Shown here one piece after another: positions 9,724 to 19,040 of a DNA stretch of 64,000 nt (its first letter is position 1; every line of letters begins with the position of its first letter). Under the pieces are notes generated by a model that was given only the letters and a program-made list of their open reading frames with translations, was not told where the DNA came from and did not search any database. The translations under genes were made by a program, and so were the position numbers. The stretch is from Euryarchaeota archaeon UBA605 (GTDB lineage: Archaea > Thermoplasmatota > Poseidoniia > Poseidoniales > Thalassarchaeaceae): assembly GCA_002504905.1 (NCBI GenBank), contig DATY01000006.1, positions 36,370 to 100,369 on the forward strand, written 5' to 3'.

Positions 9724-10386
9724 ATGGATGATGAGTCGGTGCCACTATGGAAACCTTCGAAAATGATCCATCAGGGTGCTGAGGCTACAGTATTCTCTGG
9801 ATTTTGGATGGGTGAAAAAGCGATTTTAAAAAAGCGTAATCGTCGTTCATATCGTCATCCTGATTTAGATAGGAGGTTAACTCGACAGAGACTTTCAGTA
9901 GAAGTCAGAGTACTAAAAAAACTACACTCAACAAAAATCTCTTCCCCCTCATTATTTGATGTAGACATAGAAGAAGGTTGGATTATTTTATCAGAGGTAG
10001 AAGGTATTACTTTGTATGAATCTCTATTGAATGGTAAATCTAACATTGAACAGATAAAAAAATTTGGCGGCTTAATACGTCATTTACATGAATTAGGAAT
10101 TTCACATGGTGATTTAACTACGCATAATGTGATAATTGGTGAGGATGGAGAATTAACACTTATAGATTTTGGACTTTCTAAGATTTCACCAGAGATTGAA
10201 CATTTAGGACTTGATTTACAAGTTCTACATGAATGTCTTAATGCAAGTCATTATCAAGAAAATAATGCAATTGAAGCAATGATTGATGGTTATCTTTCCA
10301 ATTCCTCTGACGATTCCACTCCATTAGGTTCCGATGTTATTGCAAGATTCAACTCAATAAGGGGAAGAGTAAGGTATCATGCTTAG
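9724..10386 (+). CDS. bud32: KEOPS complex kinase Bud32
   Basis: QGAEA, YRHPDLD, HGDLTTHN, LIDFGL and C-terminal RGRVRY. Start could also be 9706. Confidence 0.9.
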   Translation: MDDESVPLWKPSKMIHQGAEATVFSGFWMGEKAILKKRNRRSYRHPDLDRRLTRQRLSVEVRVLKKLHSTKISSPSLFDVDIEEGWIILSEVEGITLYESLLNGKSNIEQIKKFGGLIRHLHELGISHGDLTTHNVIIGEDGELTLIDFGLSKISPEIEHLGLDLQVLHECLNASHYQENNAIEAMIDGYLSNSSDDSTPLGSDVIARFNSIRGRVRYHA

Positions 10387-10400
10387 AGTTTGTGATTTTT

Positions 10401-10994
10401 ATGAAGATACTTTTTATCACAGGTAACAAAAATAAGGTTGATGAGGCTAATGATATACTATCTAAATTAGGATATAGAGTTGAACAGTTTCTGTTAGATG
10501 GTCAAACTCCAAATTTTATTGAACCTCAATCCTCCTCAATAGCAGAGGTTTCGGAATTTAAAATTCAGCAGGCTTTAGAATTAATTTCAGGAACAACACT
10601 CGAAAATCACGCGTTACTCGTTGAAGATTCGGGATTATTTATTGAATCTCTCAATGGTTTTCCGGGAGTTTATTCTTCTTATGTCTCAGAAACTATTGGC
10701 AATCAAGGAATAATAGATATTCTTGCCAATAAATCAAATCGAAATGCTGAATTCCGTGCTTATTCAATTTTATATAAAGATGGGAAATATTATCATGGAC
10801 TAGGAATCTGTTCAGGTAGAATTTCATTTCAAATTAAAGGTTTAAACGGTTTTGGTTTTGATCCAATTTTTATTCCTAAATCTGGAGATGGTCGTACTTT
10901 TGCTGAAATGAATGAAGAAGAAAAAGAATCTAAATCTCATAGAGGAGAGTCTCTGAAGATTATTTGTGAAGAAATTAATCATCCGTCAAAGTGA
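10401..10994 (+). CDS. rdgB: Non-canonical purine NTP pyrophosphatase (RdgB/HAM1)
   Basis: TGNKNK, EDSGL, GFPGVYS, GFGFDPIF and SHRG motifs. Confidence 0.93.
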   Translation: MKILFITGNKNKVDEANDILSKLGYRVEQFLLDGQTPNFIEPQSSSIAEVSEFKIQQALELISGTTLENHALLVEDSGLFIESLNGFPGVYSSYVSETIGNQGIIDILANKSNRNAEFRAYSILYKDGKYYHGLGICSGRISFQIKGLNGFGFDPIFIPKSGDGRTFAEMNEEEKESKSHRGESLKIICEEINHPSK

Positions 10995-11025
10995 AGATAG
11001 GAGGCCTACTCCCAGAGATGATAGT

Positions 11026-11964
11026 ATGCCGTCTTTGATTAGGATAATTGGGTGGTTTTCATTATTCTTTGGCTTTATTTTGTTTTTTATTTTTCAAGGT
11101 AGATTGGACTTAATTTCTTCTATAGCAGCAGGTGTAGTTCTGTTATCTATTTTGGCGATATTGATGTTTACAGGTAATCAAAAATTAATCTCTCCTCCTC
11201 CCAAAATTATCAAGAGTGAACCTGAAAAGATTGAACCCCCTAGTTTACAAGATAGTCAAGTAGAAGAATTAGAAATTGTTAATCCAGAAAATGAAGAGAA
11301 ACTTCAGAGAAGTCGTAAAAAAAGAAATCTAGCTCCTCCGTCACTGCCTCCAATGCCTGCACCTCCTGCAATTTCTATTGACATAGAGGAGAGGGGGGCT
11401 GTCCCTCCTATGCCACTACCATCTTTAGAAAATGTTGAGCCCGTTGACGGAACTAAACTTGCTAAAAAGCTAGTTATCACCTCTGATGCTCAATCTGAAA
11501 TGGAGTCTGAGATAGAGAGTTTTGTTGACCAGCGAAGGACTAGGCAGGCAGAAATTCGTTCAAGTTTAGAGAGGAAGAGAAGAATGGCATTAGCCGAAAG
11601 AAGAGCCGCAAAAGCTCGTTTGTGGACTGACGTTGAAGATGGTGAAGATCTTGCCACTTTATTGAATGATCCAAATCACGGCCTTACGATAATTGAAGAA
11701 TCTGAAGATTATGATGATACTAAGCCGCTTGGTGTTTCATATGTTAGGATTGATAATACTAGAATATTGAAACTAACCATTCCTCTAGTTGTAGAAAGTA
11801 AAAGTAAGATAAATGAGGTAAATAAGTCGGATACTCTACTAGTAGATAATGAAATTTCTCCTCCACCAGGGCTTCCACCAATGCCACCTCCACCTGGGCT
11901 TCCACCGATGCCACCACCTCCTGGTTTTCCTCCGATTCCTCCTTCAGAGATACAAAAAGAATGA
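11026..11964 (+). CDS. Membrane-anchored proline-rich hypothetical protein
   Basis: Two N-terminal TM helices, Pro-rich tracts, a charged helical (coiled-coil-like) centre and a C-terminal poly-Pro repeat. Confidence 0.7.
   Translation: MPSLIRIIGWFSLFFGFILFFIFQGRLDLISSIAAGVVLLSILAILMFTGNQKLISPPPKIIKSEPEKIEPPSLQDSQVEELEIVNPENEEKLQRSRKKRNLAPPSLPPMPAPPAISIDIEERGAVPPMPLPSLENVEPVDGTKLAKKLVITSDAQSEMESEIESFVDQRRTRQAEIRSSLERKRRMALAERRAAKARLWTDVEDGEDLATLLNDPNHGLTIIEESEDYDDTKPLGVSYVRIDNTRILKLTIPLVVESKSKINEVNKSDTLLVDNEISPPPGLPPMPPPPGLPPMPPPPGFPPIPPSEIQKE
11857..11943 (+). repeat. 27-nt coding tandem repeat x3 encoding (S/P)PPPG(L/F)PP(M/I)
   Basis: tctcctccaccagggcttccaccaatg / ccacctccacctgggcttccaccgatg / ccaccacctcctggttttcctccgatt. 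Confidence 0.9.
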
Positions 11965-12011
11965 CATGTATTCAACCGTACGTTCAAACATCTGTTCTCT
12001 TTCGACTATGT

Positions 12012-12848
12012 ATGAATGATGATATCCTACTAATTGAAAATGTTCCAGTCGAAGGTACTTTTCCTGAAGGAGGACTCATATCTGTTTGGACATTAAATCG
12101 ACCTGATAAATTAAATTCGCTAAATTCTGATTCTCACAAATTATTGAAAGAAGCATGTGATATGGTTGAATCTAATGATCTAATTAGAGTCATTGTAATC
12201 ACTGGTGCTCAACCAAATCCTCCTAAGGATGGTAAAAAACCAAAACCTTCGTCTTTTGCAGCTGGTGCCGATATTTCTGAATTTGTAGGTAAGAATTCCG
12301 ATGACGTTCGAGATTTCTTTGAAGATAATGCTTGGGAGAAGATTTGGAATCTTTCCAAACCAACAATAGCAATGATTGACGGATTTGCTTTGGGAGGAGG
12401 TACTGAGTTAGCACTTTCTTGCGACATTAGAATTGCCTCTAATAGATCGAAATTTGGAACACCTGAAATAAATCTTGGATTAATCCCAGGTGGTGGAGGA
12501 ACTCAGAGATTATGTAGATTAATTGGGTATGGAAAAGCATTAGAAATGGTTCTTACAGGAGAAATGATTGATTCTGAAAAAGCATTTTCATGTGGCTTGA
12601 TTAATTTAGTAACTACCCCTGAAGATCTCAAAGAAAATACTATGAAATTAGCAGAAAATATTGCAAGAAAATCTCCCTACACTACAAAGGTTGCAAAACG
12701 TACAGTTAGAGCATCTCTTGATTTACCATTTAGCGAAGGTGTACTAATGGAAAGATCAGAATTTGTTGCATTATTTGATACAGAGGATAAGGAGATAGGA
12801 GTTAACGCATTCCTAAATCGTGAATCACCCAAATGGCTTGGAAAATAA
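12012..12848 (+). CDS. Enoyl-CoA hydratase (crotonase)
   Basis: LNRPDKLN, FAAGADI, ALGGGTELALSCD and PEINLGLIPGGGGTQRL; both catalytic Glu present. Confidence 0.92.
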   Translation: MNDDILLIENVPVEGTFPEGGLISVWTLNRPDKLNSLNSDSHKLLKEACDMVESNDLIRVIVITGAQPNPPKDGKKPKPSSFAAGADISEFVGKNSDDVRDFFEDNAWEKIWNLSKPTIAMIDGFALGGGTELALSCDIRIASNRSKFGTPEINLGLIPGGGGTQRLCRLIGYGKALEMVLTGEMIDSEKAFSCGLINLVTTPEDLKENTMKLAENIARKSPYTTKVAKRTVRASLDLPFSEGVLMERSEFVALFDTEDKEIGVNAFLNRESPKWLGK

Positions 12849-12862
12849 TAAAAAATATTTGT

Positions 12863-14281
12863 TCAAAGTTGAATCGATTTGATTTCTAAAAATTCATTTA
12901 GTCCATGTGTTCCAAGTTCTCTTCCATTACCTGAAAGCTTGTACCCGCCAAAAGGAGCACTAACATTGAATGATCCTCCATTGACACTAACTTGTCCAGT
13001 TCTCATCTCCTTAGCGAATTTTATCGCTCGGTCTTCATCGTTAGACCAAACTCCTCCCGAAAGCCCGTATATGGAGTCATTAGCTAATTCAATAGCCTCT
13101 TTTTCTGTTTTATATGTTGCAATAACCAAAACAGGGCCAAAAATCTCCTCTTTCCAAATCTTCATTTCAGAGGTTACATTTGTAAATATAGTTGGTTTAA
13201 CATAGAAACCCTTGGAAATTCCTTCAGGCATTCCTAAACCTCCGGATAATAAAGTAGCCCCATCATTAATTCCAGATTTAATGTATCCAGTTACACTTTC
13301 TTGTTGTCTTAAACTTACCATTGGTCCACACCTAGTACTTTCTTCTAGAGGATTTCCTGGACGGTAGGAATCATTTTTTTCTGCTATGACTTTGTACACT
13401 TCCTCACTCATAGATTCAGGGATTATAAGTCTCGTCAGTGCAGAACATGTTTGACCACTATTTTGGTGACAAGCACCTATTGCTTTTTTAGCTACTAAAA
13501 TAGGATCAGCATCATCTAGAGCTACATTTGCACTTTTTCCACCTAACTCCAACGTGACTCTCTTTACAGTAGGAGCAGCAGCTTCACTTACAGAAACTCC
13601 CGCCCCAGTTGAACCAGTGAAAGATACCATGTCTACCTCTGGATGACTCGACATATAATTTCCAATTTCAGATCCATGTCCTGAAACTAGATTAAAAACT
13701 CCAGGTGGTAAACCTATTTCATGTAAAATATCTGCTAAAATAAACGCACTTAATGGGGCCTCTTTTGATGGTTTCAAGATCATTGTACAACCAGCTGCAA
13801 TAGCTGGGGCAACTTTACCAATTATTTGATGAAGAGGAAAATTCCAAGGAGTAATAAATGCGCAAACTCCTATCGGTTCTTTACAAATAATTGAATTTCT
13901 CACCCTTTCCTCCCAATCAAAATTTTCTAGAATTTTTGCATAGCTTCTGGAAACAACTCTAGGAGTTCCTACCATTGCGATTCTAGAATAGCCAATAGGA
14001 GTTCCTACCTCAGCAGTAATCGTTTGAGCAATTTCTTCTCCTCTTTCTTTCAGTTTATTTGATAGGGCATTTAGAATGTCTATTCGTGTATTTATATCAC
14101 TTTTTGACCATGATTCGAAAGCAGATCTTGCGGCCGAGGCGGCTTTGTCAACATCTTTTGACGAACCAACAGGAATTTTTCCAATTATTTCCTCAGTTGC
14201 GGGATTGAAAACATCTATACTTCCAATTCCTATTGGTTGAATCCATTTTCCGTCAATATACAGTTGGTCCCGTGTATGCAT
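12863..14281 (-). CDS. NAD(P)-dependent aldehyde dehydrogenase
   Basis: ITPWNFP, FTGSTG, LELGGKS, GQTC, EEIFGPV and PFGGYK motifs. Confidence 0.95.
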   Translation of the reverse strand: MHTRDQLYIDGKWIQPIGIGSIDVFNPATEEIIGKIPVGSSKDVDKAASAARSAFESWSKSDINTRIDILNALSNKLKERGEEIAQTITAEVGTPIGYSRIAMVGTPRVVSRSYAKILENFDWEERVRNSIICKEPIGVCAFITPWNFPLHQIIGKVAPAIAAGCTMILKPSKEAPLSAFILADILHEIGLPPGVFNLVSGHGSEIGNYMSSHPEVDMVSFTGSTGAGVSVSEAAAPTVKRVTLELGGKSANVALDDADPILVAKKAIGACHQNSGQTCSALTRLIIPESMSEEVYKVIAEKNDSYRPGNPLEESTRCGPMVSLRQQESVTGYIKSGINDGATLLSGGLGMPEGISKGFYVKPTIFTNVTSEMKIWKEEIFGPVLVIATYKTEKEAIELANDSIYGLSGGVWSNDEDRAIKFAKEMRTGQVSVNGGSFNVSAPFGGYKLSGNGRELGTHGLNEFLEIKSIQL

Positions 14282-14349
14282 AGACAGTGCGAGGAGTACT
14301 TACTTTAGATATTCACGCATTCTAATAGTGAAGACCTGTTCGGATAATC

Positions 14350-15138
14350 ATGAACCTCACAGTCGAACATCTTCCTAACGGTGTTGCTTTGGTAACTCTG
14401 TCAGCAGAAGCATCAAAGAATGCTTTATCAATTAAATTAATGCAATCAATGTCAGATATTGTTGATGAATTACTCGAAAATTCATCAGTAAAATCTATCG
14501 TAATGACTGGAACAGGGAAATTTTTCTGTTCCGGAGCAGATATAGGAGAATTTGCATCTGCAATTGATGATGGTAGTATTTCAGATTTAGTTGGTGGATT
14601 AACATCAATTCTCCATCCAATGCAACTTAAGATTCGTGCCTCTGAAAAAATCTTTGTTGTAGCAATTAATGGTTCAGTTGCAGGCGGAGGTTTGGGTATA
14701 GCCTTGTGTGCTGACTACAGAGTATGTGTCCCCAGAGCAAAGCTAGCCGCTGCATATTTCACTCTGGGATTATCTCCTGATGGTGGGACCTCATGGTTAC
14801 TCCCTAGACTAGTTGGCACACAAAGAGCTAAAAAATTCTTTTTTGAAAATGAAGTTTGGAATGGTAAGGAGGCATTTGAATACGGAGTAGTTGATGAATT
14901 AGTCAATCCTGAAGAACTTATTGAATGTGCTATTAAAGTAGCAGAAAGATGGGGTAATTGGGCTGAGTCAAGTCGCAGATCTACAAAGCAATTAATCGAT
15001 GCTTCAACATCCACTTTTATGGAAACTCACCTTGAGTTTGAAAAATTACTAATCACTAACTCATCTTTAACCTCAGATTTTGCTGAAGGAGTGTCTGCAT
15101 TCTTGGAGAAGAGAAACCCCAATTTTGGCGAGGAATAA
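14350..15138 (+). CDS. Enoyl-CoA hydratase/isomerase, PaaG-like
   Basis: FCSGADI, AGGGLGIAL and GLSPDGG (Asp-type active site typical of PaaG-like isomerases). Confidence 0.8.
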   Translation: MNLTVEHLPNGVALVTLSAEASKNALSIKLMQSMSDIVDELLENSSVKSIVMTGTGKFFCSGADIGEFASAIDDGSISDLVGGLTSILHPMQLKIRASEKIFVVAINGSVAGGGLGIALCADYRVCVPRAKLAAAYFTLGLSPDGGTSWLLPRLVGTQRAKKFFFENEVWNGKEAFEYGVVDELVNPEELIECAIKVAERWGNWAESSRRSTKQLIDASTSTFMETHLEFEKLLITNSSLTSDFAEGVSAFLEKRNPNFGEE

Positions 15139-15143
15139 TTTCA

Positions 15144-15410
15144 TTAATCTTTTCTCAAATTTATTACACCATAGATTAAAATCAGGATGCATGATAATGC
15201 TGCAAGATTAGAGATAATTATAGCTATTGAATCAATAATAAGGCCATAAGTTAGCCATAGCAACAATGCTGTACAAATTAGGTATAGTGTAGGCAATGAG
15301 ATTCCCTCATGCTTTTTCTCCTTCCAAACCTCCTTCAGTTGAGGTATCCAAGCAATTACTCCTAGCGCACCAGCAATAATGCCAATTAATTCAACTAGAA
15401 TATTTGTCAT
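15144..15410 (-). CDS. SemiSWEET / PQ-loop family transporter
   Basis: 88 aa, 3 TM helices, WIPQL...GIS...LWLTYG...SN pattern. Confidence 0.85.
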   Translation of the reverse strand: MTNILVELIGIIAGALGVIAWIPQLKEVWKEKKHEGISLPTLYLICTALLLWLTYGLIIDSIAIIISNLAALSCILILIYGVINLRKD

Positions 15411-15418
15411 ACGGACTC

Positions 15419-16315
15419 CTATTTCGGTAAATCATTCCTTTCTTTCTTACCATTTTCGTCCCAGATATAAATTCCTTTCTTTGTTTTTCGTCCTAAGCTT
15501 CCTTCAGCAACTAAATTGTTTAGTAATTGATGAGGTCTGTATGACTCATCATTAAAAGACTCAGCTAAACTATTCAAAATATCTCTCCTAACATCCAATC
15601 CTACTAAGTCCGAGAGTTCTAAAGGCCCCATAGGATGTTTATATCCAAGCCTCATTGCTGTATCGATATCGCTAGCCGAAGCTACCCCCTGCGATAGCAT
15701 TTTGATTGCTTCATTTCCAAGAATTACTCCTAATCTACTAGTTGCAAATCCCGGTACATCATTAACTAAGATTGTCGTTTTACCCATTTGTAATCCGATT
15801 GATTGAGCTAAATGTATGGTTTCTTTCGAGCATTTCTCATGTTTTACTAACTCTAGTAATTTCATTATTGGAACTGGATTAAAAAAATGCATTCCAATGA
15901 CTCTTTCAGGACAATTAGTAATATTTGCAATTTCTGAGATTGGTAGACTAGAAGTATTGGTAGCAAGAATCGTGTGTTTAGGTACTAATTTTTCGATTTT
16001 TATAAAAATCTCTTTTTTTAATTGCATAATTTCTGGAACTGCTTCTATTACTAAATCAACATTCTCTAATGCCTCTGATATATCATTACAAGCTTTTAAA
16101 TTTCGACTCCATTCTTCTTTATCAGTTAATTCAGTCTTCCCTTTTTCTATACCTTTGTCCCAAAATTCAAAAATTCTTCCTATTCCTTTTTCTAAACTTT
16201 CAGGAAAGGCATCAAAGATTCTGGTCTCCCATCCACTCTGAGCACAAATTTGAGCTATACCTGAACCCATGGTGCCTGCACCTATGACTGCCACAGTACG
16301 TACTTTCATACGCAT
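15419..16315 (-). CDS. 3-hydroxyacyl-CoA dehydrogenase (PaaH/Hbd-like)
   Basis: GAGTMGSGIA, EAVPE, ATNTSS, GMHFFNP and HPMGPL motifs. Confidence 0.93.
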   Translation of the reverse strand: MRMKVRTVAVIGAGTMGSGIAQICAQSGWETRIFDAFPESLEKGIGRIFEFWDKGIEKGKTELTDKEEWSRNLKACNDISEALENVDLVIEAVPEIMQLKKEIFIKIEKLVPKHTILATNTSSLPISEIANITNCPERVIGMHFFNPVPIMKLLELVKHEKCSKETIHLAQSIGLQMGKTTILVNDVPGFATSRLGVILGNEAIKMLSQGVASASDIDTAMRLGYKHPMGPLELSDLVGLDVRRDILNSLAESFNDESYRPHQLLNNLVAEGSLGRKTKKGIYIWDENGKKERNDLPK

Positions 16316-16344
16316 ACGTAATGGTCATAGTCAATAGGTATTGC

Positions 16345-16908
16345 TCATTCTTCTCTTCCATATGCTGCTAGAGCTGACTGAAATAATCTTTGTCTTGGAA
16401 CATCATGTTCTAGGAAACATGTAAATGGAGCGACATCTTTCAATAACTCAATAGCACTCACATATGCTCCATAGATGAATGGATCTGCTACTTCTGTTTG
16501 AGGAATTTTTATTCCAATTTTTTCTAATCCTTTTCTAGTATCTTCATCCCATATTGCATATGTGTGATGAGTGAAATGTAAGTATGCAGAGAGTCTTCTA
16601 ATATCTGATCTAGGATTCTCTGTAAAACTATCAAGTAGGAGTGTGTCAGGATATCTAATTGCATATAGTGCTAATTTTACTTCTCTGGTAGTTTCCTCTC
16701 TCCATTCTCTTTTACCTAAACCCATCCATTGATCAATCATATCTAGCATTTTATTATCATAAGGTTTTTTCACCATGTACAATAATTTTTCATATTCTTC
16801 TGAATTCTGTTTTTCAGAGTGATGATGTTGATAAAATAATTCAGTTAATCTATCGAAGAATGGTTTACACTTTTCTTTATCAAAGGCTAATAAGGCTACA
16901 TGTTGCAT
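16345..16908 (-). CDS. Hypothetical helical protein co-oriented with the boxB-like gene
   Basis: 187-aa ORF 18 nt downstream of boxB, with a GGTGA Shine-Dalgarno sequence. Confidence 0.75.
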   Translation of the reverse strand: MQHVALLAFDKEKCKPFFDRLTELFYQHHHSEKQNSEEYEKLLYMVKKPYDNKMLDMIDQWMGLGKREWREETTREVKLALYAIRYPDTLLLDSFTENPRSDIRRLSAYLHFTHHTYAIWDEDTRKGLEKIGIKIPQTEVADPFIYGAYVSAIELLKDVAPFTCFLEHDVPRQRLFQSALAAYGREE

Positions 16909-16926
16909 ATTATCACCAACCGAAAA

Positions 16927-18069
16927 TTAGTTACCTTTCCATTCTCGATATTGAATCCATTCTCTTTTCATGTAATCATTCATTAACTTATTTTCATCTT
17001 CTTCCGTAGGCAACACACTGACTAGGTAGGCCTTATATTCTTCATCAGACCCTTCGAATTTTTCACCATGGATTGTAAAGTTCTTTCCAGCATAGTTTCC
17101 AATACCTCGATTGAATTTATCGGATGGGATGAATAGTTCAGGCTCACCTTCCTTTCTAGCAGCACTAATTCTTCGCATTTCTTCACGTAGTTCTTGGAAA
17201 TATAATTCCCTACTGGCTTCATTCAGGTGTCCTCTATCTGCTTCAATATCACTTTCTCTCTCGTCATACCTTCCTTTAACTCCGTAAACATATGCCCATT
17301 GAGCACTTGTAGAATCATCTGTACCAAATAAGTCTAATCCAGTGCTAATCCATTTGTTCAAATATTTCTGTAATAATTCACAAGGAATGACTCCTTGTTT
17401 CACGATTCTTCTAAGACCGTTAGCACCGGTACCAAGGTGAAATGATTCTTCTTTAAGCATTGGACCCATAGACGCAGCAAGGGGTTTGAATGAAGATGTA
17501 CTAAGCATTTTCAGTTGATATTTACCATCTCTATCGATAAAATGAGTGAAGCAGAAGAAATCAAGCCAGTGATCAATTGGTGCATTGAATGAACCAAGAA
17601 TTCTTGTTCCATCTTGAGCATTTCTTTCCAATAATTTTGCAGCTTCTCTGACCCCTTGTTCACCAAAATAAGTACACAACAGATAAGCCATTTGCCAACC
17701 ATGTCTTTGTTCTTCACACATTATTCTCAAAGCAGATTTTTTATCATATTCTGTAGGAGCAGTTGCTAATAGATGATTTTGTTGTTCGACACTTGCGAAT
17801 TCTGTATCTCCTTGTACGCTAACCATACTGATTATCGCGTCTCTGATATTTTGTTGTGGGATTTGCATCCTTCTTTCCCACTTCGGCATACCCTTGAAAT
17901 CTCCAAACTCAATAGAGTCTCCAGCAGTATCCCAATCAAATTTTATATCAAATCTATAATCGCCTAACCAAGATGGGTCAAAACCAATTCTTGTTTGCCA
18001 CTCATTGAAGTCTCTAATCCAAGCTTCAAAGTTGGGGGTATATCCTTCTACTATTTCACTACCTGACAT
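16927..18069 (-). CDS. boxB: BoxB-like di-iron aroyl-CoA epoxidase subunit
   Basis: QGDTEFASVEQQ, LLATAPTEYD, EEQRHGWQM, FIDRDGKYQL and EESFH match the BoxB-type di-iron ligand set; shorter (380 aa) than typical BoxB. Confidence 0.8.
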   Translation of the reverse strand: MSGSEIVEGYTPNFEAWIRDFNEWQTRIGFDPSWLGDYRFDIKFDWDTAGDSIEFGDFKGMPKWERRMQIPQQNIRDAIISMVSVQGDTEFASVEQQNHLLATAPTEYDKKSALRIMCEEQRHGWQMAYLLCTYFGEQGVREAAKLLERNAQDGTRILGSFNAPIDHWLDFFCFTHFIDRDGKYQLKMLSTSSFKPLAASMGPMLKEESFHLGTGANGLRRIVKQGVIPCELLQKYLNKWISTGLDLFGTDDSTSAQWAYVYGVKGRYDERESDIEADRGHLNEASRELYFQELREEMRRISAARKEGEPELFIPSDKFNRGIGNYAGKNFTIHGEKFEGSDEEYKAYLVSVLPTEEDENKLMNDYMKREWIQYREWKGN

Positions 18070-18123
18070 ATATTTGCGGGAGCGATGTTAGTATATGAAT
18101 AAATGTACATTTAGCACAGAATT

Positions 18124-18984
18124 TTATTTCCCTGTAAATCTAGGTGTCCGACGTTCAACATAAGATGCAATTCCCTCCTTAGCATCTTCCGACTGGAATA
18201 GATCAGACTGTAATTCTCTTTCTAAAGCCAAATGATATTCAAGAGGTATTTCAATACCACTTTGTACACTTCGTTTAATATTTCCAATAGCCTTTGCAGC
18301 AGCTAGAGGCAGCGTAAACTGTCCAGCATAGTCCAATACATCCATTCTAAATTCATCTAAACTTATGCTGTCATATATGTCATGAACTAAACTCATATCT
18401 CTTGCTTCTTCAAAAGAGAATTTTCTTCCTGTAACCATAATTTCCATAGCTTTTGCTTTCCCAACTAGTCGCGATAATCTTGCAGTACCGCCTGTTCCCG
18501 CTAAAACTCCAAGTGAAACTTCTGGTAAACCAATTTGGAAGTTGCCTTTGTGAGCAATTCTAATATCTGCAGCCATAGCAATTTCCAACCCTCCTCCGAC
18601 TGTGTGCCCATTAAGTGCAGCGATTACTAATTTTGGTGTTTGCTCAAGACGAGATAGAGTTTCGTTGGCATGTAAGCAAAAGAAATATTTGTACCTAGGA
18701 GATAATGTATTAAGATAATTGATACTTGCTCCCGCTGAGAAAAATTTCCCACCATGGCCAGTCAATAAAATCACAGAAACATTCCCATCAAACCTTGCAT
18801 TAAGAATGGCTTTGTCGATATCTTCCCACATTTCTCGAGTGTAGGTATTGACAGATGTTCTTCCCTCTTCGAGTGGTTTTCCATCAGTATCTGAAATCAG
18901 TTCAATAATTGCTATGCCGTTTTCAGTAACGCCATAATTCACTAGTTTGTTGGGCATAGGCTCAAGTTCTGGCCACGAAGTCAT
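18124..18984 (-). CDS. Crotonase-family protein resembling the N-terminal domain of BoxC
   Basis: NTY...ARFD...FSAGASINYL...YKYFFCLHANET...GGGLEIA...GLPEVSLGVLAGTGG parallels the BoxC pattern NSY...RF...FCSGANIFML...KVNFCKFTNET. Confidence 0.7.
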   Translation of the reverse strand: MTSWPELEPMPNKLVNYGVTENGIAIIELISDTDGKPLEEGRTSVNTYTREMWEDIDKAILNARFDGNVSVILLTGHGGKFFSAGASINYLNTLSPRYKYFFCLHANETLSRLEQTPKLVIAALNGHTVGGGLEIAMAADIRIAHKGNFQIGLPEVSLGVLAGTGGTARLSRLVGKAKAMEIMVTGRKFSFEEARDMSLVHDIYDSISLDEFRMDVLDYAGQFTLPLAAAKAIGNIKRSVQSGIEIPLEYHLALERELQSDLFQSEDAKEGIASYVERRTPRFTGK

Positions 18985-19040
18985 GTGTGTCGCACAGACA
19001 ATTCGTTAATGAAAGAAACGGAATCAGAGTAATGCAATTT

